Sequence record: MZ726793.1
Origin: Escherichia phage vB_EcoM_ASO2A
Length of the DNA stretch: 64,000 bases
Direction: 5' to 3' (one strand)
Made by a program: the position numbers and the translations under genes. Of the stretch, positions 35,873 through 46,403 are shown one piece after another (the stretch's first letter is position 1; every line of letters begins with the position of its first letter). The notes beneath the pieces were generated by a model that was not told where the DNA came from, did not search any database, and saw only the letters and a list, made by a program, of their open reading frames with translations.

Positions 35873-36359
35873 CTAAAGTTCCAGAAGTCAGAACTTTAAT
35901 TACTCGTTCAGCACGGTTTGGCGTCTGGCTATACCATCGGCTTTTACGCATGTTTTTACCTGCTTGAGTATAATATGCATTGCTGATTAAAGTCAAGCTA
36001 TTTTGAAACCCTTCAGCACCTTTTAACCCCAACTGGAAAACCATGTTGATTATTCCCAATTTACGAGTATCACTAACCTTATCATAGATTGGTGATAAGA
36101 TAGCACTGTTTTTTATGTCTCTCTTCACTTTTGCAACATCGTCAGCAAAGATTTGACGGGCTTCTTTTTCTGTGATAACTCCATTAGTCTTACGACCAAG
36201 AAGATTATCTAAGATTTGAATAGCCTTTGCTTTATCTTTTATTTTAGTCAGAAGGTGTCCTATGCCGACTGTCCAATAACCAAGATGGTCTTGATAAACA
36301 GTAAGCTTCAGTCCTTCATCGACTCGTAGCATATCAAACTCATCTACTACTTTAGCCAT
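35859..36359 (-). CDS. T4-type lysozyme (endolysin)
   Basis: 166 aa; MLRVDEGLKLTVYQDHLGYWTVGIGHLLTK closely matches the T4 lysozyme N-terminus including catalytic E, D and T. Confidence 0.9.
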   Translation of the reverse strand: MAKVVDEFDMLRVDEGLKLTVYQDHLGYWTVGIGHLLTKIKDKAKAIQILDNLLGRKTNGVITEKEARQIFADDVAKVKRDIKNSAILSPIYDKVSDTRKLGIINMVFQLGLKGAEGFQNSLTLISNAYYTQAGKNMRKSRWYSQTPNRAERVIKVLTSGTLDAYN

Positions 36360-36366
36360 TTACTTC

Positions 36367-36516
36367 CTATTCGTCGTCTCCTACTCCGTGATCCAACTCG
36401 TTAAACAACAGATGTTCTGGAGAAGTTTCACGTTTTGGTTTCGTTTTCTTTATGTTGGACTTCAGCTCATTTGCCAAAGCACGAGAAAAGATCTTACGTT
36501 TCTGTTTACTTTTCAT
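36367..36516 (-). CDS. small basic protein (49 aa)
   Basis: ORF below track cutoff filling the lysozyme-glutaredoxin gap; weak SD. Confidence 0.3.
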   Translation of the reverse strand: MKSKQKRKIFSRALANELKSNIKKTKPKRETSPEHLLFNELDHGVGDDE

Positions 36517-36521
36517 AATTG

Positions 36522-36782
36522 TTACTCCGCAATTTGAGCCATGAGATCACGCAGTTCGGTAAAACCGCCTACGTATGTTACCTCCCCGTTCACTTCGGAC
36601 AGAATTTGTGGAAATGTGCGTGGAGGAACTCCGGTAAGATCAACAACTGTTTTAGTCATTGATTCTAAATCATAGTCTTGATCAAGACTTAAATATTCAA
36701 ACTGTTTATTGCGCATGGTTAATAGTTGTTTTGACATTTCACAAAATTGACAGTTAGGTTTACCAAAAATTACAAATTCCAT
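36522..36782 (-). CDS. glutaredoxin/thioredoxin-like protein
   Basis: 86 aa; N-terminal CQFC redox motif; next to the rml and nrd genes. Confidence 0.65.
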   Translation of the reverse strand: MEFVIFGKPNCQFCEMSKQLLTMRNKQFEYLSLDQDYDLESMTKTVVDLTGVPPRTFPQILSEVNGEVTYVGGFTELRDLMAQIAE

Positions 36783-37624
36783 TACCTCTCCTTATTAAGT
36801 AATACTGCTAAAGACTGTTCAATACCTTTATTTAAATCTGATTTTGTAAGATAGTGACTGGTTACTAGTTGTGACTTCACCGGACGTGCTGCTGGAGCAT
36901 TATAGGTTGAAGCTGATACCGCCGATATCTTAACAGGTTCTGGCATCTGTGTCAAGATCTTTTCCGCAAACTCCGCCCAAGAAATAAGATGGCTTCCTGC
37001 AAAATGGTAAGTCTTAACAGACCTTGACCAACCTGTTTTTAATACTTCAAAAATAGCTTCTGCTAAATCTGGAGCATATGTTGGACAAGAGAACTGATCA
37101 GCAACAATAATAAAATCACGTTGTCCATCATTATAGCGAGACAACATGGTTTTTAGAAAGTTATTTCCAAATTCGCTATATACCGAGGCTGTTCGAATAA
37201 TATATGCATTTGGGTTAACTCCTCGCACCATTTTTTCACCAAGTTCTTTCGTATACCCATAATTGTTTATTGGGTTAGGTGTAGTATCTTCAAAAATAGG
37301 ATGAGAATAATTAAAAATATAGTCTGTAGAAATATGCACAAAATCAATTTTAAGTTTGCTGCACACTGCCGCAATATTTGCAGGTCCATACGCATTAACA
37401 GCCAAAGCAGTAGCAAAATCATGTTCTGCTTTATCTACAGCCGTATAAGCGGCGCAATTAATAACACCATCTACATAATCTTCAATAATAGCGTTTCGCA
37501 CAGCTTCAAAATTTGTAATATCTACACGTTCTTTAGGATAAATTAAAGATACATTTGAAGGAGCCACTTTACGTAAAGCTTGTCCCAGTTGTCCATTACC
37601 GCCCAATACCAGATATGTTAGCAT
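36782..37624 (-). CDS. rmlD: dTDP-4-dehydrorhamnose reductase
   Basis: 280 aa; N-terminal LVLGGNGQLGQAL Rossmann motif; last gene of the rml operon. Confidence 0.8.
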   Translation of the reverse strand: MLTYLVLGGNGQLGQALRKVAPSNVSLIYPKERVDITNFEAVRNAIIEDYVDGVINCAAYTAVDKAEHDFATALAVNAYGPANIAAVCSKLKIDFVHISTDYIFNYSHPIFEDTTPNPINNYGYTKELGEKMVRGVNPNAYIIRTASVYSEFGNNFLKTMLSRYNDGQRDFIIVADQFSCPTYAPDLAEAIFEVLKTGWSRSVKTYHFAGSHLISWAEFAEKILTQMPEPVKISAVSASTYNAPAARPVKSQLVTSHYLTKSDLNKGIEQSLAVLLNKER

Positions 37625-38184
37625 ACACCCTCGCTACGTAACTGTTGAAAAGATTTAGCCATTGCATCTTTTGTTGATAGAATAGGTTTAAAACCTTCGT
37701 CAAAAATCATATCGAAGCCCCAATCGATCCCTATATCAGGATCATCCCAACGTAAACTTTGTTCACTAGAAGGGTCGTATGGAGTTGTGCATTTGTATTC
37801 AAAGATAGCATCCATACTCAAAACTATAAAACCATGAGCCAAACCAGGCGGAAGCCAAAACTGCGTATGGTGTCGTGCACGAAGAACAACACCGTCCCAA
37901 GCACCGTAAGTTGGACTATCTTTACGTAAATCTACAGCGAAATCCAATACTTCCCCACTTACACAACGAACTAGCTTACCTTGCGGGTTATTTGTTTGAA
38001 AGTGCATTCCTCGCAAAACACCGAAGTTTGATTTAGACATGTTATCTTGAACGAAAGTTTGTCTACCAATAATATCTTCGTATTTTTGTTCATTATATGT
38101 TTCTAGAAAGAAACCACGATCATCTTTATAAACGTCTGGTTTGATAATTACCGCACCTTCAATTTTTGTTTTTTCTACTTTCAT
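37618..38184 (-). CDS. rmlC: dTDP-4-dehydrorhamnose 3,5-epimerase
   Basis: 188 aa from ATG 38184 (ATGA overlap with rmlA stop); cupin-type RmlC motifs DDRGFF and RGMHFQ. Confidence 0.8.
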   Translation of the reverse strand: MKVEKTKIEGAVIIKPDVYKDDRGFFLETYNEQKYEDIIGRQTFVQDNMSKSNFGVLRGMHFQTNNPQGKLVRCVSGEVLDFAVDLRKDSPTYGAWDGVVLRARHHTQFWLPPGLAHGFIVLSMDAIFEYKCTTPYDPSSEQSLRWDDPDIGIDWGFDMIFDEGFKPILSTKDAMAKSFQQLRSEGVC

Positions 38185-39059
38185 TTTCTCTCCGCTAATT
38201 TGAGTAGGTATTGCCCGTACTCTGTTTTCTTCAGTGAGTTTCCATGATACACCAAAGTCTCTAAAGAAATCCACCCTTTTTTGAAAGCAATTTCTTCCAG
38301 GCACGCAATCTTCAATCCTTGACAGTTCTCAATAGTCTGCACGAATTGACCAGCTTCCATCAGACTGGCGTGTGTTCCTGTGTCAAGCCAAGTAAATCCT
38401 CGTCCGAGAACTTCCACTTGTAACTTCCTGTCTTCTAGGTAGCTGCGATTGATATCAGTGATCTCCAGTTCTCCACGCGCGGAAGGGGTTACTTCTAATG
38501 CACGTTGAATAACAGAGTTATCATAGAAATACAAACCTGTGACAGCATAATCTGATTTAGGATTTTCAGGTTTCTCTTCAATAGAAATAGCTTGACGATT
38601 ACTCCCAAATTCAACCACACCGAATCGTTCAGGATCTTTCACCAAATACCCGAAAATACAAGCTCCGCCCCAAACATCTACCATCTCACTGGCGTTAATC
38701 AGTAGTTTACCAAAGCTTTGTCCGAAGAATAGGTTGTCACCTAAAATAAGAGCAACAGAGTCTTCTCCGATAAAATCTTTACCTATGATGAAAGCTTCCG
38801 CAAGACCTCGTGGCTCGGATTGGATTGCGTAAGTGAGTTTTATCCCAAACATAGACCCATCTCCGAGAAGATACTCAAAGTCTTCCTGATCACCTGGTGT
38901 GGTGATGATTAAAATATCCTTAATGTCAGCCAACATCAATACCGATAAAGGGTAGTAGATCATGGGTTTGTCATACACAGGGAGCAATTGCTTGCTCACA
39001 CTGCGTGTTACCGGATGAAGGCGGGTTCCGCTTCCTCCCGCCAAAATAATACCTTTCAT
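38181..39059 (-). CDS. rmlA: glucose-1-phosphate thymidylyltransferase
   Basis: 292 aa; [18 protein letters not shown]...[17 protein letters not shown] is the RmlA signature. Confidence 0.9.
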   Translation of the reverse strand: MKGIILAGGSGTRLHPVTRSVSKQLLPVYDKPMIYYPLSVLMLADIKDILIITTPGDQEDFEYLLGDGSMFGIKLTYAIQSEPRGLAEAFIIGKDFIGEDSVALILGDNLFFGQSFGKLLINASEMVDVWGGACIFGYLVKDPERFGVVEFGSNRQAISIEEKPENPKSDYAVTGLYFYDNSVIQRALEVTPSARGELEITDINRSYLEDRKLQVEVLGRGFTWLDTGTHASLMEAGQFVQTIENCQGLKIACLEEIAFKKGWISLETLVYHGNSLKKTEYGQYLLKLAERK

Positions 39060-39067
39060 AACCCTCC

Positions 39068-40060
39068 TTAAATTTTCTCACTCCACCATTGAGGGTTGTT
39101 TAAGTACCATTCAATCGTTGAGTAGAGATCTTGTTCAAATGTAGAGTTTGCACTCCAGCCCAGTTCAGACTCTATCTTAGAAGGATTGATTTCATAACGC
39201 AAGTCATGTCCTTTACGATCTTCAACAAAAGTTATCAAGTTGGAAGAAGGGTAGGTTACTGCTTCTGGATGTACAGTATCCATATAGTCACAAACCATAT
39301 AGATGATCTCCATATTGGTTTTGGGATTACGTGTTCCAACATTATACGTTTGACCTGGTTCTCCACCTGTTGCCACTTGAAGAATAGCTCGCGCATGATC
39401 CTCAACAAAAAGCCAGTCTCGCACCTGGTCGCCTTTACCATACACCGGAATCTCTTTATTCGTCAAGATACTTGTGATGATTTTTGGGATCAGCTTTTCT
39501 GGATGTTGATAAGGCCCAAAGTTATTGGAGCAGTTGGTTATCACAACAGGCAAATCGTAGGTGCGGTGCCAAGCTTTCACAAGATGGTCAGATGCCGCCT
39601 TAGACGCACTGTATGGGCTTGAAGGGGCATAAGCTGTCTCTTCGGTAAAAGGAACGCCAGAGTCTGCCATATCGCCGTACACTTCGTCTGTGGAGACGTG
39701 TACGAACATCTTCAGTTTATTTTTTGGGAGGAGCCTTGCAGCTTCCAATAAATTGTATGTACCAATAATATTGGAGTCAATGAAAACTCGTGGATTCTTG
39801 ATAGAATTATCCACATGACTCTCTGCCGCTAAGTGAATGATGAAATCGGGATTGCACTCTACTACTAAACTTTTGACCTGGGTTTCGTTTGCCAAATCTG
39901 TCATGCTTAGTTTAATGTGAGTGATATCGCCTACATTCTCAATATCTGCTGCATAGCCCATCTTATCAACGACAAAAACTTCGTTATTAGGATCTTGACA
40001 AAGAGAGCGCACCACGGCACTCCCAATAAAACCAAGACCACCTGTTACCAGATAGCGCAT
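39068..40060 (-). CDS. rmlB: dTDP-glucose 4,6-dehydratase
   Basis: 330 aa; [21 protein letters not shown]-binding N-terminus typical of RmlB. Confidence 0.9.
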   Translation of the reverse strand: MRYLVTGGLGFIGSAVVRSLCQDPNNEVFVVDKMGYAADIENVGDITHIKLSMTDLANETQVKSLVVECNPDFIIHLAAESHVDNSIKNPRVFIDSNIIGTYNLLEAARLLPKNKLKMFVHVSTDEVYGDMADSGVPFTEETAYAPSSPYSASKAASDHLVKAWHRTYDLPVVITNCSNNFGPYQHPEKLIPKIITSILTNKEIPVYGKGDQVRDWLFVEDHARAILQVATGGEPGQTYNVGTRNPKTNMEIIYMVCDYMDTVHPEAVTYPSSNLITFVEDRKGHDLRYEINPSKIESELGWSANSTFEQDLYSTIEWYLNNPQWWSEKI

Positions 40061-40069
40061 CAGTTCTCC

Positions 40070-40396
40070 TTACCAGACATGTTGAGAAATAATAGTTTCC
40101 GTTTTAATGTTATATTTTTCAAGTAGTTTTGCATAGGCTTCTTTTGCATTCTCATTCAATTGCTCAAGATCTACAGCTATGCTTCCCTCTCCGCCTTCTA
40201 AATCAAGGCCATATATGCAATAAGACTCATCCGCATCGTAGAAAGGAGAGATGCGGCTTAAGTCCAGACCTTCTTGTAAGAACCAGTTAAAATCTCCATC
40301 AAATTCTTCTTCAATTCTAGGATCTTCTCCTACAGCCTCTTCCCATTTATTAAAAGGTGCACCCTGTAACATACGCCATGCAATATCAACTCCCAC
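40070..40396 (-). CDS. hypothetical acidic protein
   Basis: 108-aa ORF. Confidence 0.5.
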   Translation of the reverse strand: MGVDIAWRMLQGAPFNKWEEAVGEDPRIEEEFDGDFNWFLQEGLDLSRISPFYDADESYCIYGLDLEGGEGSIAVDLEQLNENAKEAYAKLLEKYNIKTETIISQHVW

Positions 40397-40532
40397 TATC
40401 TTCCTCCTCTTCTTTTTCTTCTGTATGAACGAAACCTAAGCCGTTACAATTCCAACAAGGAATAAATTGTTCCATACTAACAATAAAATTCCCAGTGCCG
40501 CCGCAGATAGGACAAATACTTACATCATCCAT
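40386..40532 (-). CDS. small zinc-ribbon protein (48 aa)
   Basis: ORF below track cutoff; CPICGG...CWNC. Confidence 0.45.
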   Translation of the reverse strand: MDDVSICPICGGTGNFIVSMEQFIPCWNCNGLGFVHTEEKEEEEDSGS

Positions 40533-40534
40533 TA

Positions 40535-40741
40535 TTAAAGCTCCTCAATCTTTTCTAACATCTGTTTTAACTCATTCTCTGTTAACAGAATTTCTGTGAT
40601 ACCATCATAAGTTTCTACCATCAGAGTAAAACATTTTTCCCCATCTGAACACACAAAAGCGCCACCTTCATCTTCTGTTAAGTCAGAATTAATATCTACA
40701 TCACCAAAATCAATCATCTTTTTCTCCTTTGATAATTTCAA
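40535..40741 (-). CDS. hypothetical protein
   Basis: 68-aa ORF. Confidence 0.5.
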   Translation of the reverse strand: MKLSKEKKMIDFGDVDINSDLTEDEGGAFVCSDGEKCFTLMVETYDGITEILLTENELKQMLEKIEEL

Positions 40742-40928
40742 ACTTGGCTACACCATTAACTATAATGTGACCACAAGACATAACTCCTAGCCAAGGATCG
40801 CCGTTTTTCTTCAGGCGTTTACCGAATACATCACAAAAACCATTCTTCATTTCGGAGGCTTCATAAGAAGCCCCTTTATCAAAAACGTCTTTGAATGTGT
40901 CGATTATACCAACACATCTCAAAATCAT
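40710..40928 (-). CDS. hypothetical protein
   Basis: 72-aa ORF. Confidence 0.45.
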   Translation of the reverse strand: MILRCVGIIDTFKDVFDKGASYEASEMKNGFCDVFGKRLKKNGDPWLGVMSCGHIIVNGVAKFEIIKGEKDD

Positions 40929-42013
40929 TAGAAGTCAAGCTCCTCATCATCAGAGAGATCTTTGTTAGCTGAATTCAATTTGTAATTAGTTAACTGAATC
41001 TCTTGGGCTGCTGACTGAATCAAATCAGGATTCAACCATTTTTCCATCCAAGCTAAAGGACTATGTTTAGGTGCTTTAAACTTGGCTTTCATTTTCAATC
41101 GACGATAAATAGGAGCAGCATTGAAATAAACCCACTGTTTAGACAATTCGGCGTTAAGACCTACAATAAAACGACCTTCACTAAACAGGTAGTCACACCA
41201 CTGTTCCTCTTGTTCAACAACAGTGTCGAGGATCAAAGTCAACTCTTCAATATTGTCTTCGTAAATTTTACGCCAAATTGGGTCATGCATCAATGCATCA
41301 ATTACAGCATAATCCATCTTAACATGCAAGATTTCATCTAGCATAATTTTCTGGATCAGTTTACAAGCCCCAACAAACAGTTGTTGTTCTGCCATAGCAA
41401 AAGTAGCAGAGAAGGAAGATATAAACTGAATACCTTCTAATCCAATCAGGGCTACCATCCCTTTAAGAATCAGCAGTCGAAGTTCATCGTTAGCTTCAAT
41501 CAATCCTAGAGCATACTTATGACCAGCTTCTTCCAACTGACCCATGATATCAGCAATGATACCCATACGATTGAAAATTTTATCATTAATCATAATCTGA
41601 TTGATGACTTCAATTGGATCTGGAGTACATTGACGGATTATTTCAGAATACGTTAACGCATGGAGAACTTCCATTTCACTCTGCTTCATCATCATAGCAC
41701 AGGCTTCATTGTTACTCAAGAATGGAGAGAACAAAGTGATGATTGATTTTGCAAGAGAATCATTTTCCCATTGGAACGATAAGTTTTTAATCATAACATC
41801 ATAGTTGTTTTTAGAACAAGCTACGAAATCTTTACGTGTCTGATCCAGATTAACTTCGTTTTCATCCCAATCTTGTGCTTTTTGAAGTTTGTAGAGTTTG
41901 TGCATTTCAGGGTAAGTCACGTTGATAGAATCAAAAATCCCCAACTGTTCCCCCATGAAAACTGGATATTTACCTGTTTTGTAAGTCTCGTTATGTAAAT
42001 TAATTGCTGCCAT
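40928..42013 (-). CDS. nrdB: ribonucleotide reductase class Ia beta subunit
   Basis: 361 aa; R2 di-iron/ferritin-like architecture; adjacent to nrdA. Confidence 0.85.
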   Translation of the reverse strand: MAAINLHNETYKTGKYPVFMGEQLGIFDSINVTYPEMHKLYKLQKAQDWDENEVNLDQTRKDFVACSKNNYDVMIKNLSFQWENDSLAKSIITLFSPFLSNNEACAMMMKQSEMEVLHALTYSEIIRQCTPDPIEVINQIMINDKIFNRMGIIADIMGQLEEAGHKYALGLIEANDELRLLILKGMVALIGLEGIQFISSFSATFAMAEQQLFVGACKLIQKIMLDEILHVKMDYAVIDALMHDPIWRKIYEDNIEELTLILDTVVEQEEQWCDYLFSEGRFIVGLNAELSKQWVYFNAAPIYRRLKMKAKFKAPKHSPLAWMEKWLNPDLIQSAAQEIQLTNYKLNSANKDLSDDEELDF

Positions 42014-42338
42014 TTAAATCCTCCACTATTTCACAAAAACCTCTTAAGCTTAAAATATCTTCTTCCTCAAAATCATTGCTCCGGTAGAAAGCTTCCAGTG
42101 CTTCCCATACGCTTCTACCAAGTATAACAGTCACTGTTTCTTCACTTCTTGCCCTTGTTATTGCGTAAGCCGTGGCTTCTGGATAAAAAGATTCCCAAAT
42201 CTGCATGTTAGCTATTTCAAGACCGCCAAGATAATGGTGACACCAAGTAGGGGTAAAATCTTCAGGGCGAATCAACAGAGGCTTAAACCCAGGTCGGTAG
42301 ATTGGGGTTACTCCAGGTAAAACTATAATTGTGCTCAT
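42000..42338 (-). CDS. hypothetical protein
   Basis: 112 aa from ATG 42338, downstream of hairpin 42357-42370 and SD GAGGAGG. Confidence 0.5.
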   Translation of the reverse strand: MSTIIVLPGVTPIYRPGFKPLLIRPEDFTPTWCHHYLGGLEIANMQIWESFYPEATAYAITRARSEETVTVILGRSVWEALEAFYRSNDFEEEDILSLRGFCEIVEDLNGSN

Positions 42339-42378
42339 AATCCTCCTCAATAAAAAGGGGCTGAAGCCCCTAGTTTCA

Positions 42379-44619
42379 TCACATTTTGCAAGCTTCACAA
42401 CCACCATCAGAATCTTCTTGTGCTAAAGAGTCTGCTGATTTTGTTCTACTGTTAAGGTAATACAATGACTTGCCACCCAGTCTAGCAAAATTCAGAATAA
42501 ACTGCATCTCAGCTTTCACTGATAAACGTCCACCTACCAATTTAGAATAATCTAGCCAAGAATCACAAGAAATTCCTTGGTCCGTAAACTTGGTAAAGAT
42601 ACCATACATTTCTGCAAGATCTTTAGCCGGAGTGTCCCAGGCAGACTGGTAGAACATTTTCAGTTTTTCATAGTCTGGAACAATAAATAATACACTACCT
42701 TTCTGACTTTGTTTATACATAATAGTATCACGAACAGGATACAGAGAGTTAGTAGTATTGCTTACCAAACTGCTGGACTCATTAGGTGCAATAGCAGCCA
42801 AGACACTGTTACGGATACCACCTTGTTCAATGATTTCAGCACGTAAGCCTTCCCAGTCCATTTTAAGATCAAAATTACCGATACTATCTACTGTTTTAGC
42901 ATAAGTGTCAATTGGTAGCCAACCTTGAGGCCATTTGGTCTTATCGATCCATTCTGCATTACCTTTTTCCTTAGCCAGACGCAGAGAGGCTTTTGCCAAC
43001 CAAAAGTAATGACGTTCTGCAAGTTCATGCATTAATTTTTTAGCATAAGCGTCTGAATAATTTACAAAATTACTTGCCAAATAATGCGCTAAGTTTGTAA
43101 TGCCTACACCAATAGATCTACGTGCTTTAGCAGTTATTTCGTTATGTTTAAATGGATAATCCATTGTTTCAATAACGTTGTCAATTGTCAATACAGTGTA
43201 GTATGCAACATCCTCATATTCTTCAGGTAAGACACGACCAGCAACAATAGAAGATAAGAAGCATAAAGCCAATTCTTGATTTTCTGTATTCTCACCAGTA
43301 AAGAGATCCGGCATACTGTGGAAAGCTTTAGTTGGTAAGAAGATCTCTTGACACAGGTTTGATTGATACACCGTATCCAGGAAAGGTGTATGGTTGTTAA
43401 CGTTGTCAGCAAAGAACATGTAAATACGTCCTGTTTCTGCACGTTGAACAATAATCTCTGTCAGAAGATCACGAGCCTTAACAAATTTTTTCTTAATGCG
43501 ACGACGGCTTACTTTGTCATAAACTGCATCAAACTCTTCTTCACTTTTATACAAAGCTTCATAAAGTTCAGGAGCATCATCACAACTAACTAACATCCAA
43601 TCTTCGTTTTTTGCTGCTCGACGCAAGAACGAACGGTTAACAACAATAGAATAATCCAGTTTGTCTACTCGTTTATCTATAGGTGTTGTTGGATTCTTCA
43701 GTCGAATCAGATCGTCGAAGTCTGGTTCAAGTATGGTAAAGGTAACTGTAGCACTACCTCCACGGCTTGCTTGCTTCGAAGCTCCAACACTATCTTCCAT
43801 CCATTTCAGATACGGAAGAAGACCACCATGAATAATACGATTATTCTTAACACCTTGACCTGTGGCACGAGTTTGAAGATTAACACCAATACCTGCGTTA
43901 TTCAACGTATACTCATGAGCTAAGTAATTAGCAATGGCTAAAGACTCTGCCGTATCGTCTGCACGGAACAAACAACAAGACGCACTTCCTTTGATTGGAG
44001 TTCGTAGAGTTGTCAGATACGGCGATGGCAGATTAATCTTAAGATCGCTAACATAAGTATAAAGTTTTTTAATATCTTCTATACGGCGTTCTTTTGGTTG
44101 GATCTCCATAACCTTCATTGCGATACCAATGAAAAGAAACTGTGGAGACTCATGCACCACATCGTTTACTGCATCTCGAATAAGATATTTATCTACCATC
44201 TGACGTAAAACAGAATAACCATAAGTTAGATTTTTATTATGCTTTACAATCTTACCGATTTCTTTGATCTCTTCATCAGTATAATCCATTTTAGCCCAAT
44301 GTCCACGTTCTACCATATCATGATAAAAGGTATTCAGTGAAGGGATACTGTGGTATCCCCCATGAGCCTGTTTGTAAATCATACCCAGAAGAAGTCTTCC
44401 TGCCATATCACTGTAAGCTTGTGTTTTCTTGTCAATACACGCTGCAATCATTGCTTTATGCAGATCACGTGTAGACACACCGTCATAACACCGCTTCACA
44501 GCTTCTAATTCAATTTCAGACCAGTTTAGTTTACCTGCTGCAAATTCAGACCACTTGCGAAGTTTTTCTGGATTAAACTCCTCTGTCTTACCGTTAGATT
44601 TAGTTACAAAACGAATCAA
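42379..44619 (-). CDS. nrdA: ribonucleotide reductase class Ia alpha subunit
   Basis: 746 aa; NLCQEIFLPT active-site region and C-terminal CxxC tail. Confidence 0.9.
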   Translation of the reverse strand: MIRFVTKSNGKTEEFNPEKLRKWSEFAAGKLNWSEIELEAVKRCYDGVSTRDLHKAMIAACIDKKTQAYSDMAGRLLLGMIYKQAHGGYHSIPSLNTFYHDMVERGHWAKMDYTDEEIKEIGKIVKHNKNLTYGYSVLRQMVDKYLIRDAVNDVVHESPQFLFIGIAMKVMEIQPKERRIEDIKKLYTYVSDLKINLPSPYLTTLRTPIKGSASCCLFRADDTAESLAIANYLAHEYTLNNAGIGVNLQTRATGQGVKNNRIIHGGLLPYLKWMEDSVGASKQASRGGSATVTFTILEPDFDDLIRLKNPTTPIDKRVDKLDYSIVVNRSFLRRAAKNEDWMLVSCDDAPELYEALYKSEEEFDAVYDKVSRRRIKKKFVKARDLLTEIIVQRAETGRIYMFFADNVNNHTPFLDTVYQSNLCQEIFLPTKAFHSMPDLFTGENTENQELALCFLSSIVAGRVLPEEYEDVAYYTVLTIDNVIETMDYPFKHNEITAKARRSIGVGITNLAHYLASNFVNYSDAYAKKLMHELAERHYFWLAKASLRLAKEKGNAEWIDKTKWPQGWLPIDTYAKTVDSIGNFDLKMDWEGLRAEIIEQGGIRNSVLAAIAPNESSSLVSNTTNSLYPVRDTIMYKQSQKGSVLFIVPDYEKLKMFYQSAWDTPAKDLAEMYGIFTKFTDQGISCDSWLDYSKLVGGRLSVKAEMQFILNFARLGGKSLYYLNSRTKSADSLAQEDSDGGCEACKM

Positions 44620-44635
44620 CTTCTCCTCCCTATTA

Positions 44636-44890
44636 TTAATGCATATTCAAAACATCTACATCATAACCGAACTTCATTTCATTAAAAAGTCCATTAGCAT
44701 ATAGAAAACCTTCAAAATGAGTTATGTCATCAAACCCTTTTGCTTTTGCTCGACGGTCTGCTTCTTGTCTTTTAGGAGATAAACGTTTTGAAGTGTCTAG
44801 AATTACAGTTACATTACAACCAACAGTTTCATCAAAATAGACTTCGATTTCACAGCCTTCATATTTATTATCAGTCATTGTCCCTCTCAT
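44636..44890 (-). CDS. hypothetical protein
   Basis: 84-aa ORF. Confidence 0.5.
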   Translation of the reverse strand: MRGTMTDNKYEGCEIEVYFDETVGCNVTVILDTSKRLSPKRQEADRRAKAKGFDDITHFEGFLYANGLFNEMKFGYDVDVLNMH

Positions 44891-45297
44891 TGATTAGTAT
44901 CATCTGCTTTCGCAGGATCATAAGAGTTACCGAAATCATCCATCTTAATATGTGACGCACCCCAACCTGTAAATTCTTCATCACCAAAATGAAAAATATC
45001 ATTTTCTTGATAGATTCGTTTAAAACCACAATTAGGTGAAACAGGGAAAGTGAAAAGCGTTGTATTTGAAAACACTACTCGCTTATCGTTATTGCTTCGG
45101 ATATTCACATTACGCTCAACAGAATAGTGTGAATCTTCAGCCATACCCAGCATTACAAGCGACGCTCTAATAACAGCATTTTGTTTCTCGTGTGGGATAT
45201 TGCCATTGTGTTTATTTGATTCTAGTTTCCAGATAGGGGTAGACATTACAGTAGACATGCTTACGGTAGCCCAAGTTGTAGTATTTACTAATGACAT
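44887..45297 (-). CDS. hypothetical protein
   Basis: 136 aa from ATG 45297; SD AAGGAG. Confidence 0.5.
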   Translation of the reverse strand: MSLVNTTTWATVSMSTVMSTPIWKLESNKHNGNIPHEKQNAVIRASLVMLGMAEDSHYSVERNVNIRSNNDKRVVFSNTTLFTFPVSPNCGFKRIYQENDIFHFGDEEFTGWGASHIKMDDFGNSYDPAKADDTNQ

Positions 45298-45395
45298 ATT
45301 TTCTCCTTCATTTTGAATGGGAGGACTCACCTCCTCCCAGTATTGTGCTATATTATACTAAAACTAATACTAAAGTCAATAACTATTTAAACAGA

Positions 45396-46394
45396 TCACC
45401 ATTTAGTATGATTTGTTAAAAGTTGACGATGTTGAATCCAGCCTTTGAAATTGCCAGACCAAAACTTACCATTACGATCTACATGGGTAATACCTGGTTC
45501 CCAAGAGTTAAAATCCCAAGGAGCATTGATAAACAAATCTTCAAAACAGTTCTCTCCATATTGTTCGCATGTTTCTTGAATTGGAGTGGCTTGATGTTCA
45601 AACGGAGAAGCATGAACCTTGCGCCCAGTCAGCAAACGACCATAGATATCTAAAGCTTTATCTTTAGTTGCATTTAAACGACGATAGCTAACCTGTGCAC
45701 AACATGAAGCTGAAATAGCTTTGGCTTCTTCCAAGGTAAGCACAACAACTTCTCCAGATTCATCTTGAACGTAGTATCCACCAAAAACAAAATGATCGTC
45801 ACCTTCTGTGCCAATATTATCGTAGAAATGGTCTACATAAGGTGTGTGCCATTGCCCTGGTTTCAGCACTTCTGGTGTAGATCCTTCATACTCTTTGTGC
45901 ATCTCTTTAGCCAAAGCTTCGATAGTAGGATCGGCTTCTTTGTCATCACGTAGCCACCAGAAATTTTCATATTCTGTTGCTGTCAGAACTGTTTTAATTC
46001 GTTGGAAAGGTTCCAGAAGACGGTTTGCAACTTGTTTGTGGTACCCTGCCAAAGAGAATTCTTCTGCAAAACGTGCTGCACTAAGCGCGGCAAGATCCCA
46101 CCACTCTTGAGCAGTATAACCTGCATCAATAAGAGCGTCATGATCAACACCTTTATCCTGCATACCAGGTTGGTTAGCCCCAAAACGATAAGGACGAGCA
46201 GGTTGATTTCGCACCATTTCAATCAGTGTTTTAACAGGTATAGCACGGCTAGAAGCAGCATTACGACTGAACAGGCGGTGAGTCATCAATTCTGAATGAA
46301 TAATACGTGGATATTCTAGTTCAAAAGTTACAATCTCTTTTCCGTCTTCAGTGATGGAATGCGCAATAATACTAGCCGAAATCTGTTTTGTCAT
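45396..46394 (-). CDS. thyX: flavin-dependent thymidylate synthase
   Basis: 332 aa; ThyX RHR...S.R signature in MTHRLFSRNAASSRAIP. Confidence 0.8.
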   Translation of the reverse strand: MTKQISASIIAHSITEDGKEIVTFELEYPRIIHSELMTHRLFSRNAASSRAIPVKTLIEMVRNQPARPYRFGANQPGMQDKGVDHDALIDAGYTAQEWWDLAALSAARFAEEFSLAGYHKQVANRLLEPFQRIKTVLTATEYENFWWLRDDKEADPTIEALAKEMHKEYEGSTPEVLKPGQWHTPYVDHFYDNIGTEGDDHFVFGGYYVQDESGEVVVLTLEEAKAISASCCAQVSYRRLNATKDKALDIYGRLLTGRKVHASPFEHQATPIQETCEQYGENCFEDLFINAPWDFNSWEPGITHVDRNGKFWSGNFKGWIQHRQLLTNHTKW

Positions 46395-46403
46395 TTTTTC
46401 TCC

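Noticed and set aside
39131-39622. 163-aa plus-strand ORF inside rmlB, and similar antisense ORFs (47085..47642, 45844..46295, 30641..30883, 37301..37546)
   Set aside because: All lie antisense within confidently identified enzyme genes and lack ribosome-binding sites.
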